This document shows positions 37,741 to 50,792 of a stretch of DNA of 64,000 nt, piece after piece. The position numbers and the translations under genes were made by a program. The notes beneath the pieces are model-generated. The model was given only the letters and a program-made list of their open reading frames with translations, had not been told where the DNA came from and did not search any database. The stretch is from Malacoraja senta (taxonomy: Eukaryota): positions 1,178,001 to 1,242,000 of the forward strand of contig CM075981.1 of assembly GCA_038087875.1 (NCBI GenBank). The letters are read 5' to 3'. The number at the start of each line of letters is the position of its first letter. Within the stretch, counting starts at the first letter, position 1.

Positions 37741-39289
37741 ATCTTATAGAAGTGTACACAATCATACAAGGAATAAATCAAGTAAATGCACAGAGACGTT
37801 TGCCCTGAGTAGGTGAATCGAGAACCATCGAGGGCATTGTTTTAAGTTGAGGAGGTAATGACATAACAAGAACCTGGGAAGTAACTTTTTTACACAAAGG
37901 GTGGTTGGTAGATGAAAGGAGCTACTGACGGAAGTAGTTGAGGCAGGTAAAATCGCAACGTTTATGAAACATTTGGACAAGTACATGAATAGGATAAGTT
38001 TAGACGGCTATGAGCCAAGCACGGGCTGGTAAGACGAGTGGGCTGTGTTGGTCAGCGCGGGCAATTTGGACAGAACGGCCTGTTTCCATATAACATATGG
38101 TTATATGTTATATGTAGATCGCAGAGTTCAATATTCGGCAAATTACCTCACTTCAGCTACCAACTAAATGGCTCGCTTTAATGACCGAGTGAGAATATAC
38201 GTCCAGGAAAATATATAGGTTTCTGGATAGTGATGCCCTCTCACTCACAATCAGTATCACAACAACTTTATGATTAAGGTTGGGCCTTGCTGAATTAGAC
38301 AAAAGAACAACAGAGGCAAAACAAAATGAGTAGTAAATGGTTACTTATTGCGAGAGCGCCGTTGACGAACACTCTAGCCACGAGGATTAGAGAACTAAAA
38401 AAAATAAACGGGTGAATTAAAAAAAATAACGGACGTGTTGTCAATTTTAGAATTTTAAGCGTAATTTACATTCTGCTTTCAGTGAGAACTGAAGTGCAGT
38501 AACTAGATCTATGATCAATTATAGGGGTGCGTTTGCGCTTTGATGTTACTTCAACGCGCGGGAGTGTGGAGATTTTTCGGGTGATGGTCCAAGGAGGGAC
38601 GATTAATTTAGGCAACTGGAGAACAGCGCTCGCTCCAGCCACCACCCCCACCCCCACCCCCACCACACCCCCACCACTGCCTTCTGTGACAGAGAATTCC
38701 ACAGATTCACAACTCTCTGGGAGAAAATGTTTTTCTCTGATCTCAGTCCTAAATGGCCTAACGATGCATATCGGTTCCTCCCAGTATCCCCCACCCCACC
38801 CCCCCCCACCGTCCCACTCACCCCCTTCCTCCTGTATCCCTTCCTCTGCTTCACAATTAACGCCCACTCTCCTTATCTCACCGCTATTTGTTTCCTTTTC
38901 ATCCCGGGCCTTGGTCCACCCACTGCCAAACAACCTTCCTCATTTGTATCCGCCTACCACCTGCCTGGTTTTATCAAGCACCCACTTCTCCTCCAGCTTT
39001 CTCCCCTCCACTACAATCAGCCTGAAGAAGGGTCCCGCCTACATAAAGTGTTCTCCAGAGACCGCCGAATCACTCCCACACTATTTTTTTAATCCGCTAC
39101 AATCCCTCTATTTAACAGTTCGTTCTACTTGTCAGTCACCACCTGTTGTTGCTCTACCGACATTATCTTTAATAATCTTGTAGGCCTGATGATTTTACGA
39201 CAATGCTGAATTCTGCACTCTGTATCTGTCCCTTTGCTCTGAATTTTACTGAGTTTGACTTGCTTGGAAAGTATCATCTGATTTGACCG

Positions 39290-39945
39290 AAACATAGATA
39301 CGTAGATACATAGAAAATAGGTGCAGGAGTAGGCTATTCGGCCCTTCGAGCCTGCACCGCCATTCAATATGATCATGGCTGGTCATCCAACTCAGTATCC
39401 CGTGCCTGCCTTCTCTCCATACCCCCTGATCCCTTTAGCCACAAGGGCCACATCTAACTCCCTCTTAAATATAGCCAATGAACTGGCCTCAACTACCCTC
39501 TGTGGCAGAGAGTTCCAGGGATTCACCACTCTCTGTGTGAAAACGTTTTTTCTCATCTCGGTCTTAAAGGATTTCCCCCTTATCCTTAAGCTGTGACCCC
39601 TTGTCCTGGACTTCCCCAACATCGGGAACAATCTTCCTGCATCTAACCTGTCCAACCCCATAAGAATTTTGTACGTTTCTATAAGATCCCCTCTCAATCT
39701 CCTAAATTCTAGCGAGTATAAGCCAAGTCTATCCAGTCTTTCTTCATATGAAAGTCCTGACATCCCAGGAATCAGTCTGGTGAACCTTCTCTGCACTGCC
39801 TCTGTGACTATAATGTCCTTCCTCAGATTTGGAGACCAAAACTGTACGCAATACTCCAGGTGTGGTCTCACCAAGACCCTGTACAACTGCAGTAGAACCT
39901 CCCTGCTCCTATACTCAAATCCTTTTGCTATGAAAGCTAACATAC
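39290..39945 (-). mobile_element. CR1 LINE 3' fragment
   Basis: ORF 39392-39943 (RPHLEYCVQFWSP); ctatgt-type tail. Confidence 0.9.
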
Positions 39946-40067
39946 CAAACGTGACTTATCATCGCACGTCGAGCCAAGCAAAAATAATATAGTTCTGCCA
40001 AAGCAAATCGATCTTCCTTTTACATTCACAATTAAGAGTTGAAGGTACATTGGCAATGATTTCTTAG

Positions 40068-40237
40068 TTTAGTTTAGAGATACATCGCGTAAACAGGAAC
40101 CTCGGCCGACGGAGTACGCGCCCGACCAGCGATCCCCGCACTTTAACACTGTCCTACACACCCTCGGGACAATTAGGATCGAACCCAGGTCTTTGGTGCT
40201 TGTAAGGCACCAACTCTACCGCTGACCCACTGTGCCC
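40068..40237 (-). mobile_element. tRNA-derived SINE (internally shortened)
   Basis: ggcacagtgggtcagcggtagag and gggttcgatcc on the minus strand. Confidence 0.75.
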
Positions 40238-40386
40238 TGCCGTAGAACAGTGTTGATACGAGAATACATGTCAATACCGTTCAGTTACATTCGCTGGGTG
40301 TTCTGTACATTTACCCCTCATATATGTCAGCTATCTCTGCTGTAACACTGGTTATCAGAAGGTTCAGCTCTATCTCTGTCACTCAC

Positions 40387-40423
40387 CGGGTAGGGAACAG
40401 ACGATAAGAATTGGATTCCACAT
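40387..40423 (-). CDS. Gene D leader exon, MWNPILIVCSLP
   Basis: aaaacaATG, 37 nt, CCCG|gtgagt. Confidence 0.82.
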
Positions 40424-42094
40424 TGTTTTCTTCACGCAGACCAGTCCAACGCTTGTCCGTCGCTCAATACGTGTAAGATGAATGAGGAAGCAGGAAGCAG
40501 GAAGCTGGGTTGTGAAACCGCAATACGACAAATATAAATATCACACGTATGCACAAGTTTACAAATTCATCTCTTTGCATTTCCATTGCATGTCGAAAAT
40601 AGTTCAGTTTGGTTTAGTTTAGATATGCAGCGCGGAAACAGGGCCTTCGGCCCACCGAGTCCACGCCGACCAGCGACCCCCCGCACATTACACACACTTT
40701 GTGTGCCGGGCTTGCTTCAGGTGCGATCATTTGTGCGTCTGGTACCAAGGTTAGGGCATGTTCTGCCTTGCCTGGAAAGATCCGACATATTCGCGGCTAC
40801 CCACTACGACAAGAGTAGGCAGTTGTGTTTCGAGGTTTCCACGCTGATACAGTCGGCTGCTAGTGACATGTAAACCAATACAAATCTTCTCCCATTGTAA
40901 TAAGTCTCGCCCATGACAACAGGCTCCGCCTCCTCTCCAGGTTGTGCCCATACATGGTGAAAGTCTCTCCACCAAACATGCTGCGTGCGTGTTTCACATG
41001 CAGCCAGTGTGTCAGGGGTGGTGGACATGATCTCGTACAAGAGGCAGCTCATGGGCCGAACCGTCTGAGGCCTTCAACCCCACATTGATATTAATAAACG
41101 GAAGCAAAAATAAAATAAAATGCAGGACAAACAGGGAAGGTCAGACAGCAGCTGTGAAGAGAAATGGACAGATGACTTTTCGGTTCGGAGTCCTTCTTGA
41201 AGAGGAAGGGTTACGACTCGAAATGTGTTCCACCCATTTCCCTCATAGATGTTACCTGACCCGCGTAGTTAGTATTTTTTTTCTCGGGATTTTAGCATAT
41301 TTGGCCTCTTGTGTCTCTCACGAAATAAACAGGACCGCAAGATATGAGACCATAAATAGGGCATTCGGCACATCGAATCTGCTCCGCCATTAGATCATGG
41401 CTGATATATTGTTTCCTTCTCAACTCCACGTTGCTGCTGTCTCCCCATAACCCCTGACACCCGTACTAATCAAGAATTTACCAATAGCCGCCTAAACAAT
41501 ACCCAATGACTTTGCCTCCACCGCCGTCTGTCACGTTGAATTCCACAGGTTCACCACGCTCTAGCTAAAGAAATTCCTCCTCTTCTCCATTCTAAAAGGA
41601 GTTTATTTATTCTGTGTCCCCTGGTCCTAGACTCTCGCACTAGTAGAAACATCCTCTCCACATCCACTCTATCCAGGCCTTTCACTATCGGTAATTTTCA
41701 ATAAAGTCAATTGTTCAAATCTCCAGCGAGTGCAAGCCCAGTACTGACAAACTGTTATACTCCCCACTTCTATCTAGGCCTCGAGACTCGCGTCTGTCCG
41801 CTGGTTTGGGGGGACACCTCCATTCATACCATGCACAGTCTGGGCATGTCGGGTTTCCCAAGTTCGGGCTGATCTACAGATTGTGAGGAGATGCCGCACC
41901 ATCCCAGACCAAGCGGGACGCCCCACTGCGGGTGGAAATTCACCACAGTGGAAGAGACGGGTAAAAAAAACACGGCTGATTGCAGACCACAGACTTTAAC
42001 TGAATGTGTGTTTCGACACTTCCTCAATTGTCAACAACAAGTTTAGCTTTGACCGTGGACATCATTTGATATGATTGTATGGAATTATGATTTT

Positions 42095-43308
42095 TTTAAA
42101 GATGTAAGTAGGAAAATGGACAAGGTAGAGCCAGTGGATGTAGTGGACCTGGACTTTCAGAAAACATTTGATAAGCTCCCACATAGGAGATTAGTGGGCA
42201 GAATTAGGGCACAAGGTATAGGGGGTAGAGTGCTGACATGGATAGAGAAGTGGTTGGCAGACAGGAAACAAAGAGTACGGATTAACTTGTCCCTTTCAGA
42301 ATGGCAGGCAGTGACAAGTGGGGTACCGCAAGGCTCGGTGCTGAGACCGCAGCTATTTACAATATACATCAATGATTTGGATGAAGGTATTCAAAGTAAC
42401 ATTAGCACATTTGGAGATGACACAAAGCTGGGTGGCAGTGTGAATTATGAGGAGGATGCTATGAGAATGCAGGGTGACTTGGACAGGTTGGGGGGGGGGT
42501 GGGCAGATGCATGGCAGATGAAGTTTAATGCAGATACAAGTGAGGTTATCCACTTTGGTAGCAAAAACAGGAAGGCTGATTACTATCTAAATGGCGTCAA
42601 GTTGGGAAAGGGGGGAAGTACAACGGGATCTGGGGGGTCCTTGTACATCAGTATGAAAGTAAGCATGCAGGTACAGCAGGCAGTGAAGAAAGCGAATCGA
42701 ATGTTGGCCTTTATAACAAGAGGAATCGAATATAGGAGCAAAGAGGTCCTTCTGCAGTTGTACAGAGCCCTAGTGAGACCACACCTGGAGTATTGTGTGC
42801 AGTTTTGGTCCCCTAAAATGAGGAAGGACATTCTTGCTATTAAGGGAGTGCAGCGTAGGTTTACAAGGTTAATTCCAGGGATGGCGGGACTGTCATATGT
42901 TGAGAGAATGGAGCAGCTGAGCTTCTACACTCTAGAGTTTAGAAGGATGACAGGGGACCTCATTGAAACATAGAAGATTGTTAAGGGTTTGGACACGCTA
43001 GAGGCAGGAAACATGTTCCCGATGTTGGGGGAGTCCAGAATCAGGGGCCAAAGTTTAAGGAGTAAACTATTTAGAACGGAGACGAGGAAACACTTTTTCT
43101 CACAGAGAGTAGTGAGTCTGTGGAATTCTCTGCCTCAGAGGCCGGTGCAGGTGGGTTCTCTGGATGCCTTCAAGAGAGAGCTAGATAGGGCTCTTAAAAC
43201 TAGCGGAGTCAGGGGATATGGGGAGAAGGCAGGAACGGGGTACTGATTGGGGAACGATGGGCCGAATGGCCTACTCCTGCACCTATTGTCTATTGTCTAT
43301 TGTCTATT
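42095..43308 (+). mobile_element. CR1 LINE 3' fragment with RT
   Basis: ORF 42071-42973; (ctattgt)n tail. Confidence 0.9.
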
Positions 43309-43936
43309 GATTATGATTATGTTTAAGAGGGAACTGCAGATGCTGGAAAAATCGAAAGGAGACAAAAAAATGCAGGAGATTATGATTATGATCATTTACA
43401 TTTCTAGTGTTGGGGGCAATGTTCCAACACATTTTACATGAAGATAGTTGAGTTGAATTTGAGTGCAGTTTACCGAGGTACAGTGAAACGTTTTTGTAGT
43501 GTGCTAACCAGTCAGCGGAAAGACAATGCATGGTTACAATCGAGCCATCCACAGTGTACTGGTACGTGACAAAGGGAATGACGTGAATAACGTTTAGATA
43601 CAGACAGTGAAGTCCATTCAAAGATAGTGAGAGGGTCTCCAATGCGATGGATAGTAGTTCAAGACTGCTCACGAGTCGTGGGATTATGGCTCAGTAAAAG
43701 CTCGGAAGAATTTGTCCCGCAATCGGGAGGTGTGCGTTTTTACACTTCGTTACATTTTGCCCAACCGGAGAAGGACCCTGAAATTTCCACCCATCTTTTT
43801 TTCTCTGGAAATGCTGCCTGACCCGCTAAGTTACTCCAGCAGTTCGTGTCTATCTTCGGAATATACCAGCCCTTGCAGTTCCTTTCTATGATCTTTGTAT
43901 GACTTTACTTTTAAACTTTTCAGGCTCACTTGACTT

Positions 43937-45089
43937 CGGAGATTAGTGGGCAAAATTAGATCACATGGTATTGGGGATAGTGTGCTGACATGGATAGAGA
44001 AGTGGTTGGTAGACAGGAAACAAAGAGTAGGGATTAACCGGTCCCTTTCAGAATGGCAGGCAGTGACTAGTGAGGTACCGCAAGGCTCGGTGCTGAGACA
44101 GCTATTTACAATATACATCAATGATTTGGATGAAGGGATTCAAAGTAACATTACCAAATTTGCAGATGACACAAAGCTGGGTGGCAGTGTGAACTGTGAG
44201 GAGGATGCTATGAGAATGCAGGGTGACTTGGACAGGTTGGGGGAGTGGGCAGATGCATGGCAGATGCCGTTTAATGCAGATAAATGTGAGGTTATCCACT
44301 TTGGTAGCAAAAACAGGAAGGCAGATTACTATCTAAATAGCGTCAAGTTGGGAAAAGGGGAAGTACAACGGGATCTGGGGGTCCTTGTACATCAGTCTAT
44401 GAAAGTAAGCATGCAGGTACAGCAGGTAGTCAAGAAAGCGAATGGCATGTTGGCCTTTATAACAAGAGGAATCGAATATAGGAGCAAAGAGGTCGTTCTG
44501 CAGTTGTACAGAGCCCTAGTGAGACCACACCTGGAGTATTGTGTGCAGTGTTGGTATCCTAATTTGAGGAAGGACATTCTTGCTATTGAGGGAGTGCAGC
44601 GTAGGTTTACAAGGTTAATTCCCTGGTTGGCGGGAGTGTCATATGCTGAGAGAATGGAGCTGCTGGGCTTGTACACTCAGCAGTTTAGAAGGATGAGTAG
44701 GGATCTCTTTGAAACATATAAGATTGTTAAGGGCTTGGACACGCTAGAGGCAGGAAACATGTTCCCGATGTTGGGGGAGTCCAGAACCAGGGGCCACAGT
44801 TTAAGAATAAGGAGTATAAGCCATTTGGAAAAGAGACGAGGAGACACTTTTTCTCACAGATAGTAGTCAGTCTGTGGAATTCTCTGCCTCAGAGGGCAGT
44901 GGAGGCAGGTTCTCTGGATGCTTTCAAGAGAGAGCTAGATAGGGCTCTTGAACATAGCGGAGTCAGGGGATATGGGGAGAAGGCAGGAACGGGGTACTGA
45001 TTGGGGATGATCAGCCATGATCACATTGAATGGTGGTGCTGGCTCAAAGGGCCAAATGGCCTACTCCTGCACCTATAGTCTATTGTCTA
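43937..45089 (+). mobile_element. CR1 LINE 3' fragment with 7-bp TSD
   Basis: ttgactt at 43930-43936 and 45090-45096; the empty site is seen in the duplicate at ~52310. Confidence 0.92.
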
Positions 45090-47400
45090 TTGACTTGCGT
45101 GCGCTTCTAACGCCCATTCCAGCAGAAATCTTAACAGTATTTACTATTTTATAAATAACTTTTCCAGAAAATTAACATAGTTTTTTTTTGTTAACAAATA
45201 ATTGCCATAATTTAAGCACTTTAAGTTCAGACTGATTCAGATGGCTCCCTGTGCTTTTCCACCCAGGCTTATGCTGTCGACTTCCTCGTCTCAGTAGCAC
45301 CAGTAAATTTAGATTTGAGTAACAACTGGGTGACTGAGACAGTTACACACTGATACAGAGCGGAAACAGGCCCTTCGGCCGACCGAGTCTGTCGTATTAG
45401 GGAGAATGTACAAACTCCACACAGACAGTACCCGAGTTCAGGATCGAACCTGCGTCTCTTACGCTGCACCGCTACCGTTCCATCACTGCGCCACTGTGCT
45501 TCCTCAGTTAATCAAAATATATATATTTAAAATCAGATTTATACATGGCCATGTTCCTAATACCTTTTTTAAAATTGAACACAAAGTACTGAAGTAATTC
45601 AGCGGGTCGGGCCTCGAAGATATGGGTATAGCATCGTTTCCGGTCGGACCCGCTGAGTTACTCCATCCAGTACTTTGTGTGAACGCAAGATTCTATCATC
45701 TACAGGGCCTTGTTTCTCCACTAGTTTTTTTGTTGTTGTAAATTCCAGGTTAATTTCATAGCCAGAAGTTCAAATCTTCTTCTGTTGTGGTAGGATTTGA
45801 ACCCATAATCAATTGTGGGATCACTGGCGCAGAACTCAATGCCAAACCGTTATTTTCTAATTGATTTAATTTCAAAATTTTTGATTAATTCTGGTGTCCT
45901 CCATTTATGTTGAATCAGATTTGGAGAAGTATCCTGATGCGAAATGCCTGAGCCTCAGAGTTCCTCAATTAACTTGTTTGCTGGTGAACATTAAATATAC
46001 TGCACCGCACTAGGTCACAACTCAGTAATTTTCCATGACTTTGAGTAATCGTAGCCTTTTGCCTGGAATGAAATCGTACACAATACAATAATAAATCCCT
46101 GTTGTCACCAAACCAGTACCTTCAAATCCAAACTACATTTTTTTAATCTGTTAAGTTTATGTCTTCTTTTCTTGAATTAACAATAAATATTTTCTACTTA
46201 AACAATTCCTATCCAACAACTTCCCCTTTTCATGTTTTTGTGTGTGCCTCTCGGTGTTCCTCTCGGTGCGCCTGCAACGTTCTGTAAGAAACAAGCAGCT
46301 AGGTTGAGTCACTGGAAATCAGCACCTGGAATAATGATGGAACAGTGTATCTTTAGACCCACAGAAGGGCGCAACTTATACAGGCACGGTTATTTTCCAC
46401 GTCTGATTATTACCTGGAATGATGAGCTATCAATACCTCACAAAAAAATTACAAGCACTATTCCTGATCCCCATTTGGGCCCTTTACCTCTCTTGGACTG
46501 TGTGTTGCATTTGTCGTATCTGATTGTTCGATATCATTGATATAAATGCAATGTACAGGCCTAGAGGTGCACATTTGGACAATCATATTAATTCCAGAGA
46601 TTTACTATGCTCTGACTAAAGAAGTTCCTCCTCACCCCCGTTTTAAAAGAGCACCCTTTAATTCTGAGGCTATGACCTCAGATCCTAGACTCTCCCACCA
46701 ATGGAAACATCCTTTCCACATCCACTCTATGCCTTTCGTTATTCTGTAAGTTTCAATGAGGTCCCCCCTCAACCTTCTAAACTCCAGCGAGCACAGGCCC
46801 TGTGCTGTCAAACGCTGACAATAGAGAATGTATAAAGATATCAGAGTCCATTTAAAGACGAGAATGCCAACAGAATGCTCACTGACAAGATGAATCTAAT
46901 ACTCCAAATTTTTCTCCCAGCTCTTACTTCTCAAGCTTAGCAAGCCCTCTGTAAAGATTCGTAGAATAGGAAGAAGGCAGCAGGAAGGTTGATCATGAGT
47001 CTTGGCTGAGCCTGCACAAAACATCTGGCCGGAAGAGGTTCAAATTTCTGTTTCCTCAAAAATTATTACGTGTGTGATAGGTAATACATAAAGACAGTAA
47101 AGAAATGTCAATGCAGGCAATAAATAGAGGAATATATTTGACAGTTTACTGCAAAATAAAATTACGAATTAAAATCTTGGCAGAAATGGATAACAACAAT
47201 CCAAGTGAGGGGCTTATACTCAATGGTGAAATGAGGAACAACATGTTCTCAGTTACTCAGAACAGAAATGTGGAACAAGACAGAAGGAATATAAATTGTG
47301 AAACCACCGTGAGCTCGTTGATAGAGACTGACCCTCAGAGTTTGAATTTCACAATGTGTAAATGACAATTTAAAAAAATATATGTTTTTCATATTTTGAT

Positions 47401-47700
47401 GGGTGGCACAGTGGTGCAACTAGCAGAGCTACAGGCTTACAGCGGAGAGATCTGGGTTCGATCTGACCTTGGGTCCTGTCTGTGTGGAGTTTGCACGTTC
47501 TCTCTGTGACCGCGTTGGTTTTCCCCGGGTCTTCCGGTTTCCTGCTACATGCGAAAGACTTGCGAGTATATAAACTAATTGCCTTCTGTAAATTGCCCTG
47601 AGTGTTAAGCAAAGTTTGTAGACACTTGTGTTTGAACGTGTGATAGATGGTCGGCGCGGAATGATTGGGCGGAAAGACTTGCTTCCATGCTGCATCTCTG
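47401..47700 (+). mobile_element. tRNA-derived SINE (its duplicate is at ~56030-56310)
   Basis: A and B boxes; shared by both duplication copies. Confidence 0.8.
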
Positions 47701-48360
47701 AAAGAATCATCCAATAATATAACATAATGCAATAATGTAGAGTAGAGCCACAGGTGAAGTGATCAATCATTTTCAATTACCCTCAATTCCTTAGACATTA
47801 CCATTCAATTACCCTAAATTCCTTAGACATTACCAATCCTGATGACGCCTTAATCCTGCCTCGTTCATCTTCCTGTCGGTCAATTAAAGTTGGATTCCTT
47901 TTGTTCGTTGAGTGCAACGGAGAGGACTTTAGAGTCATAGAGTGTGGAAACAGGCCCTTCGGCCCAACTTGCTCACACCGGCCAACGTGTCCCAGCTTCA
48001 CTAGTCTCTCCTGGCCCATATCCCTCCAAACCTGTTCTCGCAATGTAACTGTCCAACAGTTTCTTAAAAGTTGGGATAGTCCCTGCCTCAGCTACCTCCT
48101 CTGGTAGCTCGTTCCATACATTCACTACCGTTTGTTTGAAAATGTTACTCCTCAGATTCCTTTTAAACCTTTTCCCCCGTCACGTTAAACCTATTCAAAT
48201 TTCAAATTTAATGTGTGATATTTCATCGGCCACTGTCACGTTTCCTGTTGTATTCTTCCATATTTAAATTGCACCAATGTCTGTGATGTTGGGAAATAAT
48301 TTAGCTCTGACGACAAAAAGCTGAACAACAAGCTTTGGCCTGGTCGCTGTTGATGAAACC

Positions 48361-48394
48361 ATATGGATTCTGATACAAATTAGCTACTTGCCCG
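48361..48394 (+). pseudogene. Gene E probable leader exon with ATG changed to ATA (IWILIQISYLP)
   Basis: 34 nt, CCCG|gtgagc. Upstream gacaaaaagctgaac resembles the sequence before the other leaders. No in-frame upstream ATG (TGA at 48322-48324). Confidence 0.65.
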
Positions 48395-48519
48395 GTGAGC
48401 GAACGTCAAAGTTGGAAATTCCATTTATCAGTGTTAGTTTGGGCCTCGTTCAATGCTTTAAGCCTTGCGTGCTGCGTTCTGTGTTACCCATATGAACCCC
48501 CCTACCCTATAACATAATT

Positions 48520-49150
48520 TCTGTCCCGGGCCTCCTCCATTGCCAGAGTGAGGCCACATGCAAACTCAACAGCACCTTATATTCCACTTGTGTAACTTAC
48601 AACCCAACAGGTTGCACATCCAATTCTCAAATGTCAAGTAACAAACACCTATCGCCCCTCTCTTCCCTCTGTTTCACACTGCATCCCGATGCGCATGAAG
48701 TGCTTCTATCATCTCGCACCCCTACCCCCTTCACCATGCTATTTACCCTCCTTGATGAAATCATCTCCTCTCATTAGGAATCCCCATTTCACTTTAATTC
48801 CCCAATTTTGCCATCTCTCTTGTCAATTCCACCTCTATCCCAACCCCTTGGGTTTACATCTCACTATTCTTATTCGCCTACTCTGAACCGCTTTCCACAT
48901 CTTCCACTGTCACTTATTCCACCCATCTGCCAATCAAGAACCCCGCCAATTGTATCCACCTATCACTTGCCAGGCCATTTTCCCATCCCTTTGTCTCTTC
49001 CAGCTTCTTCCACTCCCACCGCCCCCCTACCCCCTCCCCCACTCTGATGTCCACTCCAACCACTCTGAAAAAGGGTCCCGACCCAAAACGTCGCCTGTCC
49101 ATTCCAGATGTTGCCTGGCCCGCTGTATTCCTTCTTCACTTTGTGTTACG
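48520..49150 (+). mobile_element. Penelope-like fragment with terminal repeat
   Basis: ctgtcccgggcctcctccattgccagagtgagg..., as in the other copies. Confidence 0.55.
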
Positions 49151-49176
49151 GCTAAATTTATATAGACTTTATATAT

Positions 49177-49201
49177 GCAGATAATAGAATGGAATCCACA
49201 T
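49177..49201 (-). pseudogene. Truncated leader remnant (ATG TGG ATT CCA...) at the left breakpoint of duplication copy 2
   Basis: aaaacaATGtggattcca, then homology is lost; no donor site. Confidence 0.6.
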
Positions 49202-49249
49202 TGTTTTTTTCATGGTGACCTGTTCCAGCACTTGTCCATCACTCAATAC

Positions 49250-50792
49250 CAAGGCCGGATTTACGTATAAGCTTCACAAGCTTAAGCTTAGGGCCTCGAG
49301 ATCTAGGGGCGCCTCGGCAGGGCCGGATTTACCTACAGGCCTCATAGGTTGAAGCCTAGGGCCTCAAAATCTAGGGGGCCTCCGGCCAAGGTGTTTTTTT
49401 ATCAGAGTAAAAAAATCCCGAGAAAAAAATTAATTGGAGCGCTATCAGCATTTGCACTTTGACGGAAATTACCCAAAATTCTTGTTCCGGCCCGCTGGAA
49501 GTTTTTTTTGGGGGGGGGGGGAATTGCGACCATCCGCGCCTGCGCAGTGGGCCCGGGCGGGTACAGATCTCCATTTGCACTCCACGCAATCACCTCGATG
49601 CTTCGTGTCCACCAAAGATTCTAGGTGTCTACTCAAGGTAAGTAGTGGAATATTGCGTTGCGGGAGTGCCCGTTTCTCTGGGCCAGGGGGGGGGTGAGGT
49701 GGCTGCGGTGTCTGTGGCGTGGAGTTGGAGCCTCGCTGCATGGGAGGGGGGAGGGGAGAGGGGCAGAGAGAGAGGGGAGGGGGGAGGGGGGAGGGGGGAA
49801 GGGGAGAGGGGAGGAGGGAGAGAGAGGTGGAGGGAGAGGGAGGGGAAAGGAAGAGGGGGAGAGGGAAAGGGGGATTATCTTTAGTGAGATTGCAAAATTA
49901 AGGTAGGTTTTAGAGCAATTATATTTTCTCCTCCATATGAATAATATCAAACAATTGGAACTGCTTTCTTTTCCTTGATAACAATACTGACAAATATGAA
50001 TTCCATAGTTTCCAACTTTCATTTTGCATCATATTTTTAATGTGCACACACTAACACAGTCGAACAGTAACAGGCAATCAAATCCACCCAAAACATTTTC
50101 TAAAAGAAGGTTTTATTTACTGCAAAAACTTACAGTATTTTATTTGCAGTGTCTGCATGATCCTTTATAACATTTTACACAAAATGTTACAGTATAACTT
50201 GATTATAAAAACAAGATTATTAAATCAATCCTTGATTTAAAAAAATGTATACAACAATGACCCAATCATCCCATTCCAACCATTAGTCATTAGTCATTAA
50301 TCTAGACTCAACCAAAATTATTTCTGAAATATTGGTCATAAATTTTGTGCATACAGTAAATTCTCCAAAATATGGCTAAGAATGCACCAGAGAGCATCAA
50401 AACCCCCAGAGCTTCCAGGGCCCTTAAGCTGCCACGCCACCACACTTTTTCAAAAGCTTCGTACAGGCCTGGTGTATAATATTTTTGACACTGTCAGAGG
50501 CCTTTCTTACATATGCTGTCACAACGCACTGTAGTCTCTAAACAACACTTCAGTAATTTTCCTTGACCTCCATTTCAGAATAATAGTGTTTTAAGCTGAT
50601 AACTCGACACTAGCACTATCAATTAATAAAAAGCGCAGCTTTCCAGACCTTATCTCATTGGCCACGCTCGGCTGCACATCGGTGTCAATCTGGTGGACTC
50701 TTCCATCTTCCTCTCGTCGTGGGGGTGGGGGATTGGGAGGGGCCTCACAAGTGGAATAGCCTAGGGCCTCTTTTCATCTAAATCCGGCCCTG
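49250..50792. mobile_element. Non-autonomous hAT-type DNA transposon (~1.54 kb)
   Basis: TIRs ca(a/g)ggccggattta and taaatccggccctg. Degenerate 8-bp TSD ctcaatac/ctgaatat. Empty site at ~40463. No transposase ORF seen. Confidence 0.82.

Larger units (their letters stand above)
40400..47846. repeat. Local duplication, copy 1 (D-E intergenic region)
   Basis: Co-linear with 49180-56462 apart from copy-specific insertions and deletions. Confidence 0.88.
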
